DNA from: Candidatus Levybacteria bacterium RIFCSPHIGHO2_01_FULL_37_17 | GTDB taxonomy: Bacteria; Patescibacteriota; Microgenomatia; Levybacterales; UBA12049 | DNA length: 64,000 bases | Reading direction: 5' to 3' | Assembly (NCBI GenBank): GCA_001782035.1 | Contig: MFNL01000001.1 | Location: forward strand, 2,643-66,642 | Part shown: one piece after another, positions 19,172-29,110 of the stretch | How the letters are laid out: every line of letters begins with the position of its first letter | How positions within the stretch are numbered: the first letter of the stretch is position 1 | The notes under the pieces: model-generated | What the model was told of the DNA's origin: nothing | Seen by the model: the letters and a program-made list of their open reading frames with translations, nothing else | Database searches by the model: none | Made by a program: the position numbers and the translations under genes

Positions 19172-20017
19172 TTACTTTTGATGAACTGGGCAAAAGTAGG
19201 TGCCGCGTCCGGCTAAGAAAGTTTTTTCTATAATTCCTTCATCGTTTTTAGAACATTTTTCACCTTGTCTACCATACGCCAAACTGTGGTGTTGATATTC
19301 TCCTTCTTGCCCTAATACATTTACAAAGTTTAATTCCGATGCTCCGCCATATTTCATACTTTTTTCCATTACTTTTAGTATTGAATCGTAGAGAGATTTA
19401 ATTTCGGAAGAAGTGAGGTCTTTTGCCCGCCTTTTAGGACTAATTCCTGCGAAAAAAAGAGCGTCATTTGCATAAATATTTCCTATCCCGCCTATTCTAG
19501 TTTGATCCATTAAGAGTGGCTTTATTACAGTTTGTTTGCCTGAAATTATCTTATTAAACAGTTCAAAAGTTAAATCTTTAAAAGGCTCCGGCCCCATGTT
19601 TTTAAAGAATGGCATTTTTGAAAGATCCTCAGTTTTTACTGCCCTTATCCAGCCAAAACGTCTTTTGTCATTGTAATAAAGATACGCACCCTTATCTAAT
19701 TTGAAAATTACGTGGGTAAATTGGTTAGGAATTTTATCCCCCACTTTTTGTGAGAGCATTATTTTTGAAGTTTTATCGTCTCTGTATATTAACTGTCCTG
19801 TTAATTTAATATGAATTGCGAGTGAATGTTTATTTGATAAATCAATAACCAAACCTTTTCCAAATCGGCGAGCATCAATTACTTTTGCTCCAACTACATC
19901 TTCTACTCTTCCTTCAAAAAGCTTTGCAACTTTAATTTCAACATCCAATATCTTGTGCCCGACAAGATATTTCTGGAGTCCTAATTTTACTGTTTCAACT
20001 TCTGGAAGCTCCGGCAT
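19172..20017 (-). CDS. mutM: Formamidopyrimidine-DNA glycosylase
   Basis: MPELPEVE, RRFGK, GIGNIYA, RGTYFCP. Confidence 0.96.
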   Translation of the reverse strand: MPELPEVETVKLGLQKYLVGHKILDVEIKVAKLFEGRVEDVVGAKVIDARRFGKGLVIDLSNKHSLAIHIKLTGQLIYRDDKTSKIMLSQKVGDKIPNQFTHVIFKLDKGAYLYYNDKRRFGWIRAVKTEDLSKMPFFKNMGPEPFKDLTFELFNKIISGKQTVIKPLLMDQTRIGGIGNIYANDALFFAGISPKRRAKDLTSSEIKSLYDSILKVMEKSMKYGGASELNFVNVLGQEGEYQHHSLAYGRQGEKCSKNDEGIIEKTFLAGRGTYFCPVHQK

Positions 20018-20032
20018 GGGGGAATTATATCA

Positions 20033-20434
20033 CTAACTTTGGGGTTTTTGCGCTAGACGATCTCTTGACGCTATTTGATTTCTAATAGCCCTTGCTTCAC
20101 TTTCTGCTTGTAGCACAACTTCAATTCCGTTTTCACTAAATGCTCTTACCATTGATTATTTTGCCTCGTCAAAATGTTCTTTAGCTTGCGTATAGCCATA
20201 TCCACTATTCTCACTTGAAGGCATAGCGCTAATCATTTTATCGTGAGTTGTATTGTATCTCGCAATCATTGCTCCGAACTCTTCCGAACTCCCTTTCGCA
20301 AAAATTTCTTCTGCAACTGCCCAAGCCCTTATCATTCTGACTGCATTTAGCCTTTTTTCATTCAACTGCTCTTGAAGTTCGTCAAAAGGGGGTCTTTCTA
20401 TACGCGGTGCTTGTCTTTCATGTGCATCTACCAT
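20033..20434 (-). pseudogene. Orphan gene probably interrupted by one in-frame TAA (20156-20158)
   Basis: The frame stays open for 40 more codons after the stop, to TAG at 20033. Confidence 0.45.
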
Positions 20435-20449
20435 GTGTAGTTTATACTG

Positions 20450-21562
20450 CTATCTCAAGCTTTTGTCAACAAATCTTTTTATTTCTTTTTTGAATCTTTC
20501 TTTAGAGAATTTTTGGGCGTGTTTTACAATTTCATCTGTATTGAACTTAATTTTATCAAACTTTTTGATTGCATCCGATAGGCTATTTACAGTAAGCTCG
20601 TCAAAAAATATTCCAGTTTTTCCATCAAGTACAGTTTCTTTTACCCCTCCCGAGTTATAAGCAATAACAGGAGCGCCTTTTGCCATTGCTTCAATAGGCA
20701 TTATCCCAAAATCCTCGTCTTGGCTTGAAAATATAAATGCTTTAGCGCCAGTGAATAATTCTTGTTTCTTTTTATCATCAACTTCTCCTAAAAATTCTAC
20801 ATTTGAACCTGCTAGTCCGCGGAGCTCGCTTCCGTAACCAGAGAATTCTCTTCCAAATATTTTGAGGGGTAGATTTAATTTTGTACAAACTTCTATTGCC
20901 AAATCTACGTGCTTTGGCCTCGCAAGCCTTCCTCCGGCAAGAAAATAAGTTCTTTTCATTGAAGAATTAGATGAGGCAACGTCAACTGGCGGATAAATTA
21001 CAGTCGAATCTCTTCTGTAAAATTTTTGGATTCTAGACTTTACCTCTTTAGAATTTGCAATAAATAAATGGGGCTTTTGTGCCGCTTTAAAATCGTAAAG
21101 TCGCAAAAGATGCATCGGGATTATTCCTAAAACTAAAAGGATTTTTCTCCACCAGACGCTTTTCCACGGGGCTGCAGTTGAGTATCCATATAAATATCTC
21201 GGCGGTGTGTGACAAAAGCAAATAAGCTTTGTTTTGGGACCAATTTTTACAAAATTTGGGCTAGTGTAGGTGCCCGTTGCAGACGTTATAACAAGCTTGT
21301 AACCAGATAAATCAATTCTTCCAAAAACCATTGGCGCAATAAGGCGAAAATAAGAAAGTAGCTTGTTTTTAAAAGGAACATATTGGAACCAAGTCGTATG
21401 AATTTTTAAATTTTTGAATCTTTCTTTGTGCGGGCCAAGGAAAGAGGGAGAGTAAAAAGCCGTATAAATATGCGCGTCCGGATAAATTTCGCAGAGTGCC
21501 TCCAACACTCTTTCGGCCCCTCCGAATTCCTTAATATAATCATGAACTATTGCGACTTTCAT
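20450..21562 (-). CDS. Glycosyltransferase family 4
   Basis: GGAERV, HTPPRYLY, EDFGIMPIEAMA. Confidence 0.93.
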   Translation of the reverse strand: MKVAIVHDYIKEFGGAERVLEALCEIYPDAHIYTAFYSPSFLGPHKERFKNLKIHTTWFQYVPFKNKLLSYFRLIAPMVFGRIDLSGYKLVITSATGTYTSPNFVKIGPKTKLICFCHTPPRYLYGYSTAAPWKSVWWRKILLVLGIIPMHLLRLYDFKAAQKPHLFIANSKEVKSRIQKFYRRDSTVIYPPVDVASSNSSMKRTYFLAGGRLARPKHVDLAIEVCTKLNLPLKIFGREFSGYGSELRGLAGSNVEFLGEVDDKKKQELFTGAKAFIFSSQDEDFGIMPIEAMAKGAPVIAYNSGGVKETVLDGKTGIFFDELTVNSLSDAIKKFDKIKFNTDEIVKHAQKFSKERFKKEIKRFVDKSLR

Positions 21563-22494
21563 AAAAGTTCCAATTGATTTTCTTCTTTTGCCTTTTGCGG
21601 CTGAGGAACTACTTCGTTTATTTCTGTTATTTCATCTACTTTTTCTAAATTAAATCTTTCGATTAGACTATTAAACTTTAGCATTTTAAAACTTGCATAC
21701 AAACTTTTTTCATCGATATCTTTTACTTTTGCTTCTTTGTTGTTAAATTTAATTGGGGCATTAACATCAATAGCTGCAAGTTTTTTAGCCAACGCTGCCT
21801 GCTCGGCATCGTTTGCCAGTTTTTCCGAAACTTTTGGGGCAACTTCACCTAAGTTTTGATAAAGGTTCTCGATTGTTTCGAATTGTTTAATAAGTTGAGA
21901 GGCTCCTTTTGGCCCAATCCCTGTGACACCAGGATAATTATCAGAGGGGTCCCCGACTAAAGCTTTGTAATCCGGGATTTGTTTCGGCTCTAAGCCGTAT
22001 TTATCTTTTACAGCTCCTTCGTCAAAAAATATAAATTTAGTAACACCAATAATTGGCGCCATTACTTTCACGTGCCCGTTTACCAGCTGCAAAAGGTCGC
22101 GGTCTCCCGACAAAATTACAACATCCTCCTTTGCCTGTTTAGAAATAGTTCCGATTAAATCATCTGCTTCAAACCCATCTACTTCGAATATTTTGAATTT
22201 TGCCACTTCTAAAACTTCGTGTATTAGACCAAATTGTGAGCTTAGTTCGTCAACCATTTTTGGCCTTTGCGCCTGATATCCAACATATAATTGCTGTCTA
22301 AAAGTCGGCGCAGCTCTGTCAAAACAGACCACAATATACTGCGGTTTTAAATCATTTATGACCTTTAAAATCATGGCGAAAAATCCGTAGACTGCATTTG
22401 TCGGTTTACCTTTATGTGAGTGCAAGGGAGGCAATGCATGAAAAGCGCGGTGAACTATAGCATTTCCATCAATTAACAAAAGCTTCTGGCTCAT
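21559..22494 (-). CDS. Stand-alone 5'-3' exonuclease/flap endonuclease (PolI N-terminal domain)
   Basis: LIDGN..HRAFHA, EADD, SGDRD, GDPSDNYPGV.GIG.K; no polymerase domain. Confidence 0.92.
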   Translation of the reverse strand: MSQKLLLIDGNAIVHRAFHALPPLHSHKGKPTNAVYGFFAMILKVINDLKPQYIVVCFDRAAPTFRQQLYVGYQAQRPKMVDELSSQFGLIHEVLEVAKFKIFEVDGFEADDLIGTISKQAKEDVVILSGDRDLLQLVNGHVKVMAPIIGVTKFIFFDEGAVKDKYGLEPKQIPDYKALVGDPSDNYPGVTGIGPKGASQLIKQFETIENLYQNLGEVAPKVSEKLANDAEQAALAKKLAAIDVNAPIKFNNKEAKVKDIDEKSLYASFKMLKFNSLIERFNLEKVDEITEINEVVPQPQKAKEENQLELL

Positions 22495-22539
22495 GGAGCT
22501 GATTATATCAGTTTATCCTGAATTTATTGAAGGGCAATA

Positions 22540-23130
22540 CTATTTTTCAGAAAGCTTGAGGTAAACGTAGGCTTGAGCAAGGGATGTAAGTGGCACTGTT
22601 ACTAAAAGTCCAACAACTAGAAGAAAAAATCCAAAAACATTTAAAAGAAGCGATACTATTCCAAGACCAAGTAGCGAATAAAAGTTATTTTTTGTTAACT
22701 TCCAGCTTGCTTTAACAGCCTCAATTGGTCCTATTCCCTTCTCTATAATTAAGAAGCTAACAAATTGAAGTCTTACCGCAAAAACAATTCCAGGAACAAT
22801 CAATGCTAGAAAGCCCAAAAATATTACTATAGCTGAAAGAAAATTTGCTGCAAGGAGCTTAAGGACTATCATGTAATCCTTGAGTCTGTCAGAAATTTTG
22901 GTTTTTCTTTTTTTTAAGATATTTATCATAAATGTCACCATTGCAATCTGTACCAAAGCACCGAAAATCCAGGACTCAATATTTGAGAGGATTGTATCGA
23001 GCTGGGAAAATATTGCGACATTTATTATAGAAATAACCCCAACTGCCACAAAAAATAAGATTATTTTTTTGAGGTTTTTTGTTAAAGTTTTCCAAGAGGC
23101 AGAAATAATTTGGTCTATATAGAGGTCCAT
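22540..23130 (-). CDS. Integral membrane protein (DUF975-like)
   Basis: LIVPGI, EAVKASW, GLLVTVP pattern. Confidence 0.7.
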   Translation of the reverse strand: MDLYIDQIISASWKTLTKNLKKIILFFVAVGVISIINVAIFSQLDTILSNIESWIFGALVQIAMVTFMINILKKRKTKISDRLKDYMIVLKLLAANFLSAIVIFLGFLALIVPGIVFAVRLQFVSFLIIEKGIGPIEAVKASWKLTKNNFYSLLGLGIVSLLLNVFGFFLLVVGLLVTVPLTSLAQAYVYLKLSEK

Positions 23131-23174
23131 AAGTTTATTATTTGTTCAATGGTTGTTTCTGTCAAGAAGCAAAA

Positions 23175-25034
23175 TTATATAAATACCTTGGCATAAGCAG
23201 CTTTTTTGGGGCCGATAAGTTTTTCAAATTCTTCTGATTCAATTGTCTCTTTTTTAAGCAGTTCCTCAGCTAGCACATCTAGCTTTCTTCTTAGCTTCTT
23301 AAGAACGTTTGAAGCTTTAATGTATGCCTCGTCAGTTATCTTTTTCACCTGCTTATCAATTTTTGCCGACATATCAGGAGAAATATTTGCACTTTCATAA
23401 GGCATTCGCCTATTCTCCCCATCCAGATTAATCGGGCCTAGTTCGCTCATTCCATATTGCACTACCATTGTTCGTGCAACTTCTGTAGCTTTTGCAATAT
23501 CATCAGATGCCCCGGTAGTTAATTCTTTAAACACTAGATTTTCTGCTGCTCTTCCTCCAAGCATTACGGCTATTTCTTCCATTAAATGCGTTTTTGTCTC
23601 ATGAACCCTGTCTATTGGTTCCATCATCGTGTGTCCCAAGCTCATTCCTCTGCTTACGATTGAAATCCTGTGAATTGGGTCCATGTTAGGCATAAACCAA
23701 GAAACAAGTGCGTGTCCTGCTTCATGATAGGCTGTCATTTTTCTGTCCTGGTCTGACTGAAGTCTTTTTTTCTCAGGCCCAAGTTTTACTTTTGTTGCCG
23801 CTTCTTCCAAGTCCTTCATATCTATATTTTTCTTGCCAAGCCTTGCCGCCAAAATTGCAGACTCGTTTAGCATGTTTTCCAAATCAGCTCCAGAAAATCC
23901 CACTGTTCTTTTTGCAACCCGTATCCAATCAACGCCTTTTTCAAAAGGCTTACCTCGTGCGTGGATTTTAAGAATAGCCTCTCTTCCGATAACATCCGGC
24001 AGCTCAAGCATTACGGTCCTATCAAACCTTCCCGGCCTAACTAAAGCAGGATCTAAAACATCAGGCCTGTTTGTTGCGGCCATAACAACCAGCTGCTCAT
24101 TTGGAGTGAATCCGTCCATTTCAACAAGAATTTGATTTAAGGTCTGCTCTCTTTCATCGTGTCCACCCATAAAACCCGCACCACGTTGCCTTCCAATTGC
24201 ATCAATTTCGTCAATAAATATAATTGCCGGTTGGGCTTTTTTAGCATTATTAAATAAGTCTCGAACACGGGAAGCACCAACGCCAACTAGCATTTCCATA
24301 AACTCGGATCCTGCCATAGAAAAAAATGCAACTCCAGCCTCGCCTGCAGTTGCTCTTGCAAGAAGCGTTTTGCCCGTTCCTGCAGGTCCAATCATGAGTA
24401 CCCCTTTTGGAGTTCTTGCTCCCATTGCCTTATACTTGCCCGGGTTTTTAAGAAAGTCTACAACCTCTGTTAACTCCTGCTTTGCTTCATCTACCCCTGC
24501 GACATCTCTAAAGCTAACTTTTGGTGTATCTTTGCTATACAGCTTTGCAGATGATTTCCCAAAAGAAAAGATTGACTCCTGCGCACCTCTTGCCTGTCTG
24601 AAGATAAACCAGAAAAACGCAACCATTAATACAATTGGTAAAATCCCAGTTAAAATATTTATCCAGTTATTTAGACTTGTTTCATCTTTTACCACAACTT
24701 TTGTTTTTCCTAAAGAAACGTTTGCATCTTTAAAAAGTTGATAAACGCTTGCATTAGTCTCTTTAAAGCTCTCAAGTATTTGGTCTTTTTGTTTTGCGAT
24801 TATTTTGTTTGGGTAAACTTCAATGGAGTTTACTTTTCCGCTCTTTACATCTGAAATTATGGTTGAAAGCGGAACGGTTTTGCTTTGTTCGGAAGTTCCG
24901 GTTCCACTAGGCTGAGTTATGCCAAAGAAAAGAAATGCGGTAAAGAGAATCAAGAATGCGTAGATTAAAATATTTTTCCACGACCATTTTATTTTTATAT
25001 TCTTAAGTCTTTTGGGCCTTTTTAAGGTTGGCAT
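23175..25034 (-). CDS. ftsH: ATP-dependent zinc metalloprotease FtsH
   Basis: Two TMs, [27 protein letters not shown]. Confidence 0.98.
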   Translation of the reverse strand: MPTLKRPKRLKNIKIKWSWKNILIYAFLILFTAFLFFGITQPSGTGTSEQSKTVPLSTIISDVKSGKVNSIEVYPNKIIAKQKDQILESFKETNASVYQLFKDANVSLGKTKVVVKDETSLNNWINILTGILPIVLMVAFFWFIFRQARGAQESIFSFGKSSAKLYSKDTPKVSFRDVAGVDEAKQELTEVVDFLKNPGKYKAMGARTPKGVLMIGPAGTGKTLLARATAGEAGVAFFSMAGSEFMEMLVGVGASRVRDLFNNAKKAQPAIIFIDEIDAIGRQRGAGFMGGHDEREQTLNQILVEMDGFTPNEQLVVMAATNRPDVLDPALVRPGRFDRTVMLELPDVIGREAILKIHARGKPFEKGVDWIRVAKRTVGFSGADLENMLNESAILAARLGKKNIDMKDLEEAATKVKLGPEKKRLQSDQDRKMTAYHEAGHALVSWFMPNMDPIHRISIVSRGMSLGHTMMEPIDRVHETKTHLMEEIAVMLGGRAAENLVFKELTTGASDDIAKATEVARTMVVQYGMSELGPINLDGENRRMPYESANISPDMSAKIDKQVKKITDEAYIKASNVLKKLRRKLDVLAEELLKKETIESEEFEKLIGPKKAAYAKVFI

Positions 25035-25077
25035 AAGTAGGCCAAATTATAGCATGCTCAAGCTTGTGGTTCAATGG

Positions 25078-26061
25078 TCAGGAGAAGAGTGATTTTAATT
25101 CTGAAAGCGTTTCTGCTGCGATAATTCTAGTTTTCTGTGCTCCCTCTTTTAAAATTAAATCTAATTCACTATCTTTAAAATCCAATCTTCTCTTTCTAAT
25201 CGGCTCTAAGAATTCATTTAGTATTTTTGTTAAATATTTTTTAACTTCTACATCTCCTACTTCTCCTTTTTCATATTGTTGCTTGAATTTATTGATTTGT
25301 TTTCTGTGTGAGTCAGAACCAAAAGCATCTAGATAAATAAAAACAGGATTTCCCTCAACAGTTCCGGGATCGTTGGCATGAATTCTTTTTGGATCTGTGT
25401 ACATTCCCATAACTTTTTCCTCTACTTCTAGCGTAGAATCAGATAAATATATTGTGTTATTTAAGCTTTTCCCCATTTTGGGGTTTCCATCAGTTCCAGG
25501 CAGTTTTCCAACTCTTCCTATTAAGGCTTTTGGATCTGGAAAAATCTCTGAGTTTGAGATTTTATTAAAAGTACGTGCTATTTCTCTTGTCTGCTCTAAA
25601 TGAGCCTCCTGGTCCTTACCAACAGGAACGAGCTCTGCTTTAACGCACAAAATGTCTGCAGCTTGTAATATCGGGTAGTTTATAAAGCCTAGGGAGAATT
25701 GGTCACCAAGCCCTTTGGAGGATATCTCATCTTTAATTGTCGGGTTTCTTAAAGCTCTGTTATGAGACACATACATACTGAAAATCGAGGCTAATTCATA
25801 TATTTCGGCGATTTCTGACTCTTTGAAAAAAGTTATTTTTTTGGGATCAAGCCCCACAGATAAATTATCCAGAAGTACTTCTTTTGTATACTCTTTTATC
25901 TTTTCGGGGGTCTCGGAAAGAGTTGTTAAAGCGTGTGTGTCTGCCAGTATAATGAAAACCTCGTACTCACTTTGAAGTTTTACGCGGTTTTCTAAAGTTC
26001 CAACGAAATGGCCTAGGTGAAGTTTGCCCGTAGGCGTATCACCTGTTAATATCCGTTTCAT
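25078..26061 (-). CDS. trpS: Tryptophan--tRNA ligase
   Basis: PTGKLHLGH, YPILQAADIL, VPVGKDQ, KMGKS. Confidence 0.97.
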   Translation of the reverse strand: MKRILTGDTPTGKLHLGHFVGTLENRVKLQSEYEVFIILADTHALTTLSETPEKIKEYTKEVLLDNLSVGLDPKKITFFKESEIAEIYELASIFSMYVSHNRALRNPTIKDEISSKGLGDQFSLGFINYPILQAADILCVKAELVPVGKDQEAHLEQTREIARTFNKISNSEIFPDPKALIGRVGKLPGTDGNPKMGKSLNNTIYLSDSTLEVEEKVMGMYTDPKRIHANDPGTVEGNPVFIYLDAFGSDSHRKQINKFKQQYEKGEVGDVEVKKYLTKILNEFLEPIRKRRLDFKDSELDLILKEGAQKTRIIAAETLSELKSLFS

Positions 26062-26075
26062 GGACTAATTATACA

Positions 26076-27260
26076 TTAAAGCCAGGATTTTTTGAGAGTG
26101 GAGAAAGAATTATCAAGAATTGACTCTCTTATTTTTTTTGTTAAATTGAGAAGAAAGTGGACGTTATGCAGGCTCAATAAATTGTAGGAAAGTAGTTCGC
26201 GAGAACGGAATAAATGATGGATATATGCTCTACTAAAATTTTGGCACGCATAACATTTGCAGTTTGAATCTAGTGGTTTTGAATCTTGCCGGTATTGAGG
26301 CTTATCGATATCTGTTCTAAATCTATTTTTGATGTTACCTAATGGTGGTGAAATAAAAAAGAAACCAGTTCTGCCTATTCTTGTAGGAATTACGCAGTCG
26401 AAAGTATCTATTCCACGCTCTATTATTTCAAAAATATCATCAATTTCTCCAATTCCTAGCTGATGTCTTGATTTATCCTCAGATACATTTGCAACTGTCC
26501 AATCAATTACTTCGTACAAATTCTCTTTGTTTAAATGCGCCCCTCCCAAAGCAATGGCATCAAAATTTTTATCAACAAACTTTGCTGACTCAATTCTCAA
26601 TTCCCTGAATTTTCCTCCATGTGTTACTCCAAAAAGAAGCTGGTTTTTGTTTTTATGAGCTTTTTTTGAGCGTATTTCCCAACGATTTGTTAGCTCTAAG
26701 CTCTCTTTTGTCTTCTCAAAATTGTATTTGGGAGATTCCAAATCATCAAAGCAAACTATTAAATCTGCTCCCAGTTTTTCCTGAATTTCAATTGAGACTT
26801 CTGGACTTAATTTATGAGTCGAACCATCTATATGGGACTGAAAAGTAACTCCTTCTTCCGTAATTTTATTTAGTCTTGGCTTTGCTTCCTGCTCGATTTC
26901 ATATTTAGATTCATCCCGCAAAAACTTAACTCCTCCGCCTTCTTTTCCAACTCCTAAGGAGAAAACCTGAAATCCTCCGGAATCTGTCATAGTCGGCCCG
27001 TTCCAGCTCATCCATTTGGAAAGTCCCCCGAGTTTTTTAATGAGATCCTCACCGGGTCTAAGATGTAAATGGTAAGTATTTGCCAAAACTATTTGTGCAC
27101 CAGCTTCCATAAGCTCTCTTGGTGAAATCGCTTTTACGCTTCCTTGTGTCCCAACAGGAATAAAAGCAGGCGTCTCAATATCTCCATGAGGAGTTTTAAT
27201 TACCCCAGCGCGTGCTTTTGTCTTTTTATCTTTTTTAAGTATTCGGAATTTAGGCTTCAT
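26076..27260 (-). CDS. tgt: tRNA-guanine transglycosylase
   Basis: NTYHL, TDSGGFQ, DTFDCV.PTR, CKC..C zinc site, HN. Confidence 0.96.
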   Translation of the reverse strand: MKPKFRILKKDKKTKARAGVIKTPHGDIETPAFIPVGTQGSVKAISPRELMEAGAQIVLANTYHLHLRPGEDLIKKLGGLSKWMSWNGPTMTDSGGFQVFSLGVGKEGGGVKFLRDESKYEIEQEAKPRLNKITEEGVTFQSHIDGSTHKLSPEVSIEIQEKLGADLIVCFDDLESPKYNFEKTKESLELTNRWEIRSKKAHKNKNQLLFGVTHGGKFRELRIESAKFVDKNFDAIALGGAHLNKENLYEVIDWTVANVSEDKSRHQLGIGEIDDIFEIIERGIDTFDCVIPTRIGRTGFFFISPPLGNIKNRFRTDIDKPQYRQDSKPLDSNCKCYACQNFSRAYIHHLFRSRELLSYNLLSLHNVHFLLNLTKKIRESILDNSFSTLKKSWL

Positions 27261-27297
27261 AATTGACTAATTATACAATAGTGTTATAATCCCCTCC

Positions 27298-27795
27298 ATG
27301 GCAGCTGAGTTTCTTGTAGATTTAGAAGCGAGAATAAAAAGAACGGAAGCAAATGATCCAGATAGAAGTCTTTTTCGTGGTGTCCGCCAAATTACCAAAG
27401 CCTATCTTCGCGCAAGTCAAGAAAAACCTGCAAAAAAAGAAATGCCTTTGGAAGAAAGAAGAGAAGTTCTCGTCCAACGCCTCCATAATATGTTTAGAAA
27501 TGTGCCTGACGATACTCCCATCGGCATTGTAGTTCCCAAATTCAAAATTTCTGCTTCAGACAAGGAAAAGCTAGATTCTATGCAACATTATCCCGAATGG
27601 CATGCTATCGTCATCGATACAGATCCAAGAGATAGACAACTATTGTGGAGCATTTCCCGGTTGTATACTGTAGGTTTCTATCAAACTTTTGGTGAATTAA
27701 GAAGAGCACCTGAAGAGTCTTATTTATCTGTTCGTGTAATTGGCGAAAAAACAGCTCATTTTATAAAAAGAGTTTTCCCTACGCCTACAGATTAA
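27298..27795 (+). CDS. Hypothetical protein with C-terminal RNAP alpha-CTD/HhH-like segment
   Basis: TFGELRRAPEESYLSVRVIGEKTAHFIK; own TTGACT/TATAAT promoter. Confidence 0.6.
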   Translation: MAAEFLVDLEARIKRTEANDPDRSLFRGVRQITKAYLRASQEKPAKKEMPLEERREVLVQRLHNMFRNVPDDTPIGIVVPKFKISASDKEKLDSMQHYPEWHAIVIDTDPRDRQLLWSISRLYTVGFYQTFGELRRAPEESYLSVRVIGEKTAHFIKRVFPTPTD

Positions 27796-29110
27796 GTTTT
27801 CCTACTTCTTTTTTAAACTGCTCGCCGCGGTCTTTGTAGTTTTTAAACATGTCAAAAGAAGCACATGCCGGCGTTAGAAGAACTACATCACCAGAAAGAG
27901 CAATTTTAGATGCAGCCAAAACAATTTTCTCCATACTGTCTGCGCCTTCAATCAAAAGTATTTTGGAATTAGGCGACATTTCCGCTTTTATTCTTTCCCA
28001 TTCTTTTCCTATTCCAATTATTGCTTTTATATTCTTTTTTGAGCTCAAAACCTGGCCTAGTTCTTCGAAATTGCTGTTTTTAGAAGAGCCTCCAAGTATT
28101 AAAATTTCCGGATTTTCGAAAGACTCAATTGCCGCGATCGCAGCTTCAGGCACGACGGAAAACGAATCATTATAATATTCCACTCCGTTTACTTTACCAA
28201 CTAGCTCTAATCTGTGCTCGAGTCCTTTAAATGTTTTTAAAACTTCTTTTATATCCTCTACTTTTACTCCTTCCAAAAATGCGGCGAGCGCGGCAGAGCA
28301 CGCGTTTTCGAAATTGTGCTCACCTCGCAAGCCCAACTCACTTGTCTTAACTACCTCAATGTTCTCTCCGTTAGCTCGAATAACTATTTTTCCGTCTCTT
28401 GCAAAACACCCTTCCTCGACTTCGCGCTCTCTTGAGACAAAATAAACTTTTCCCTCAGTAAGAATGTCCGATTCGATACTGGGAGGATAGTCCCTATTAA
28501 GAATCGCAAAATCAGACTTAGTTTGAAAACGCAGAATATTTCTTTTGGCAGAGATATACTCCTCTACCGAGTCGTGATAATTTCTGTTGTTGGATCCGTC
28601 AAGATGGTCAGATGTAACCATTAACATTACTCCAATATGAGGGCTTTTGTGGAGATCCTGTAATTGGAAACTGGACAGTTCTAATACTACAACTGCCGAG
28701 GAATTTAATTGTTCAATAAATTCAAGAGGGGCCTTGCCTATGTTGCCGCCTAAATATACATCTTTTCCACTTTTTTTCAACATTTCATAAATTAATGTTG
28801 AAGTTGTTCCTTTTCCTTTGGTTCCGGTTACACCAATAATAGGACATGGACACATGTCAAAAAAGAGTTTTGTCTGAGAAGTAATTTTAGAAGTTATTTG
28901 TTCTGAATTATGAGTTATAAGTTTGCTAATTTTAATGCCGGGGGAACGGACTATTAAATCATATTTATCCAAACCGTCCAAGTAACTTTCCCCTTGAGAG
29001 ATGTCTAGAATTGTGACGTCTGCGCCTTTTCCTTTAAGAAATTTAGCGCTCGATTCTCCCTCAACAGCCTTACCAATTATAGCTATTTTTTTTTTGTTAA
29101 AGTCTTTCAT
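27785..29110 (-). CDS. murD: MurD-family ligase (probably MurD2-type, L-Glu adding)
   Basis: SPGI, GVTGTKGKGTT, ELSSFQL, HRLE, NDS, PACASFD; overlaps murL. Confidence 0.93.
   Translation of the reverse strand: MKDFNKKKIAIIGKAVEGESSAKFLKGKGADVTILDISQGESYLDGLDKYDLIVRSPGIKISKLITHNSEQITSKITSQTKLFFDMCPCPIIGVTGTKGKGTTSTLIYEMLKKSGKDVYLGGNIGKAPLEFIEQLNSSAVVVLELSSFQLQDLHKSPHIGVMLMVTSDHLDGSNNRNYHDSVEEYISAKRNILRFQTKSDFAILNRDYPPSIESDILTEGKVYFVSREREVEEGCFARDGKIVIRANGENIEVVKTSELGLRGEHNFENACSAALAAFLEGVKVEDIKEVLKTFKGLEHRLELVGKVNGVEYYNDSFSVVPEAAIAAIESFENPEILILGGSSKNSNFEELGQVLSSKKNIKAIIGIGKEWERIKAEMSPNSKILLIEGADSMEKIVLAASKIALSGDVVLLTPACASFDMFKNYKDRGEQFKKEVGKLNL

Noticed and set aside
22512-22534. Degenerate REP-like motif TTTATCCTGAATTTATTGAAGGG
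   Set aside because: Only one copy seen in the window, so a repeat family cannot be supported
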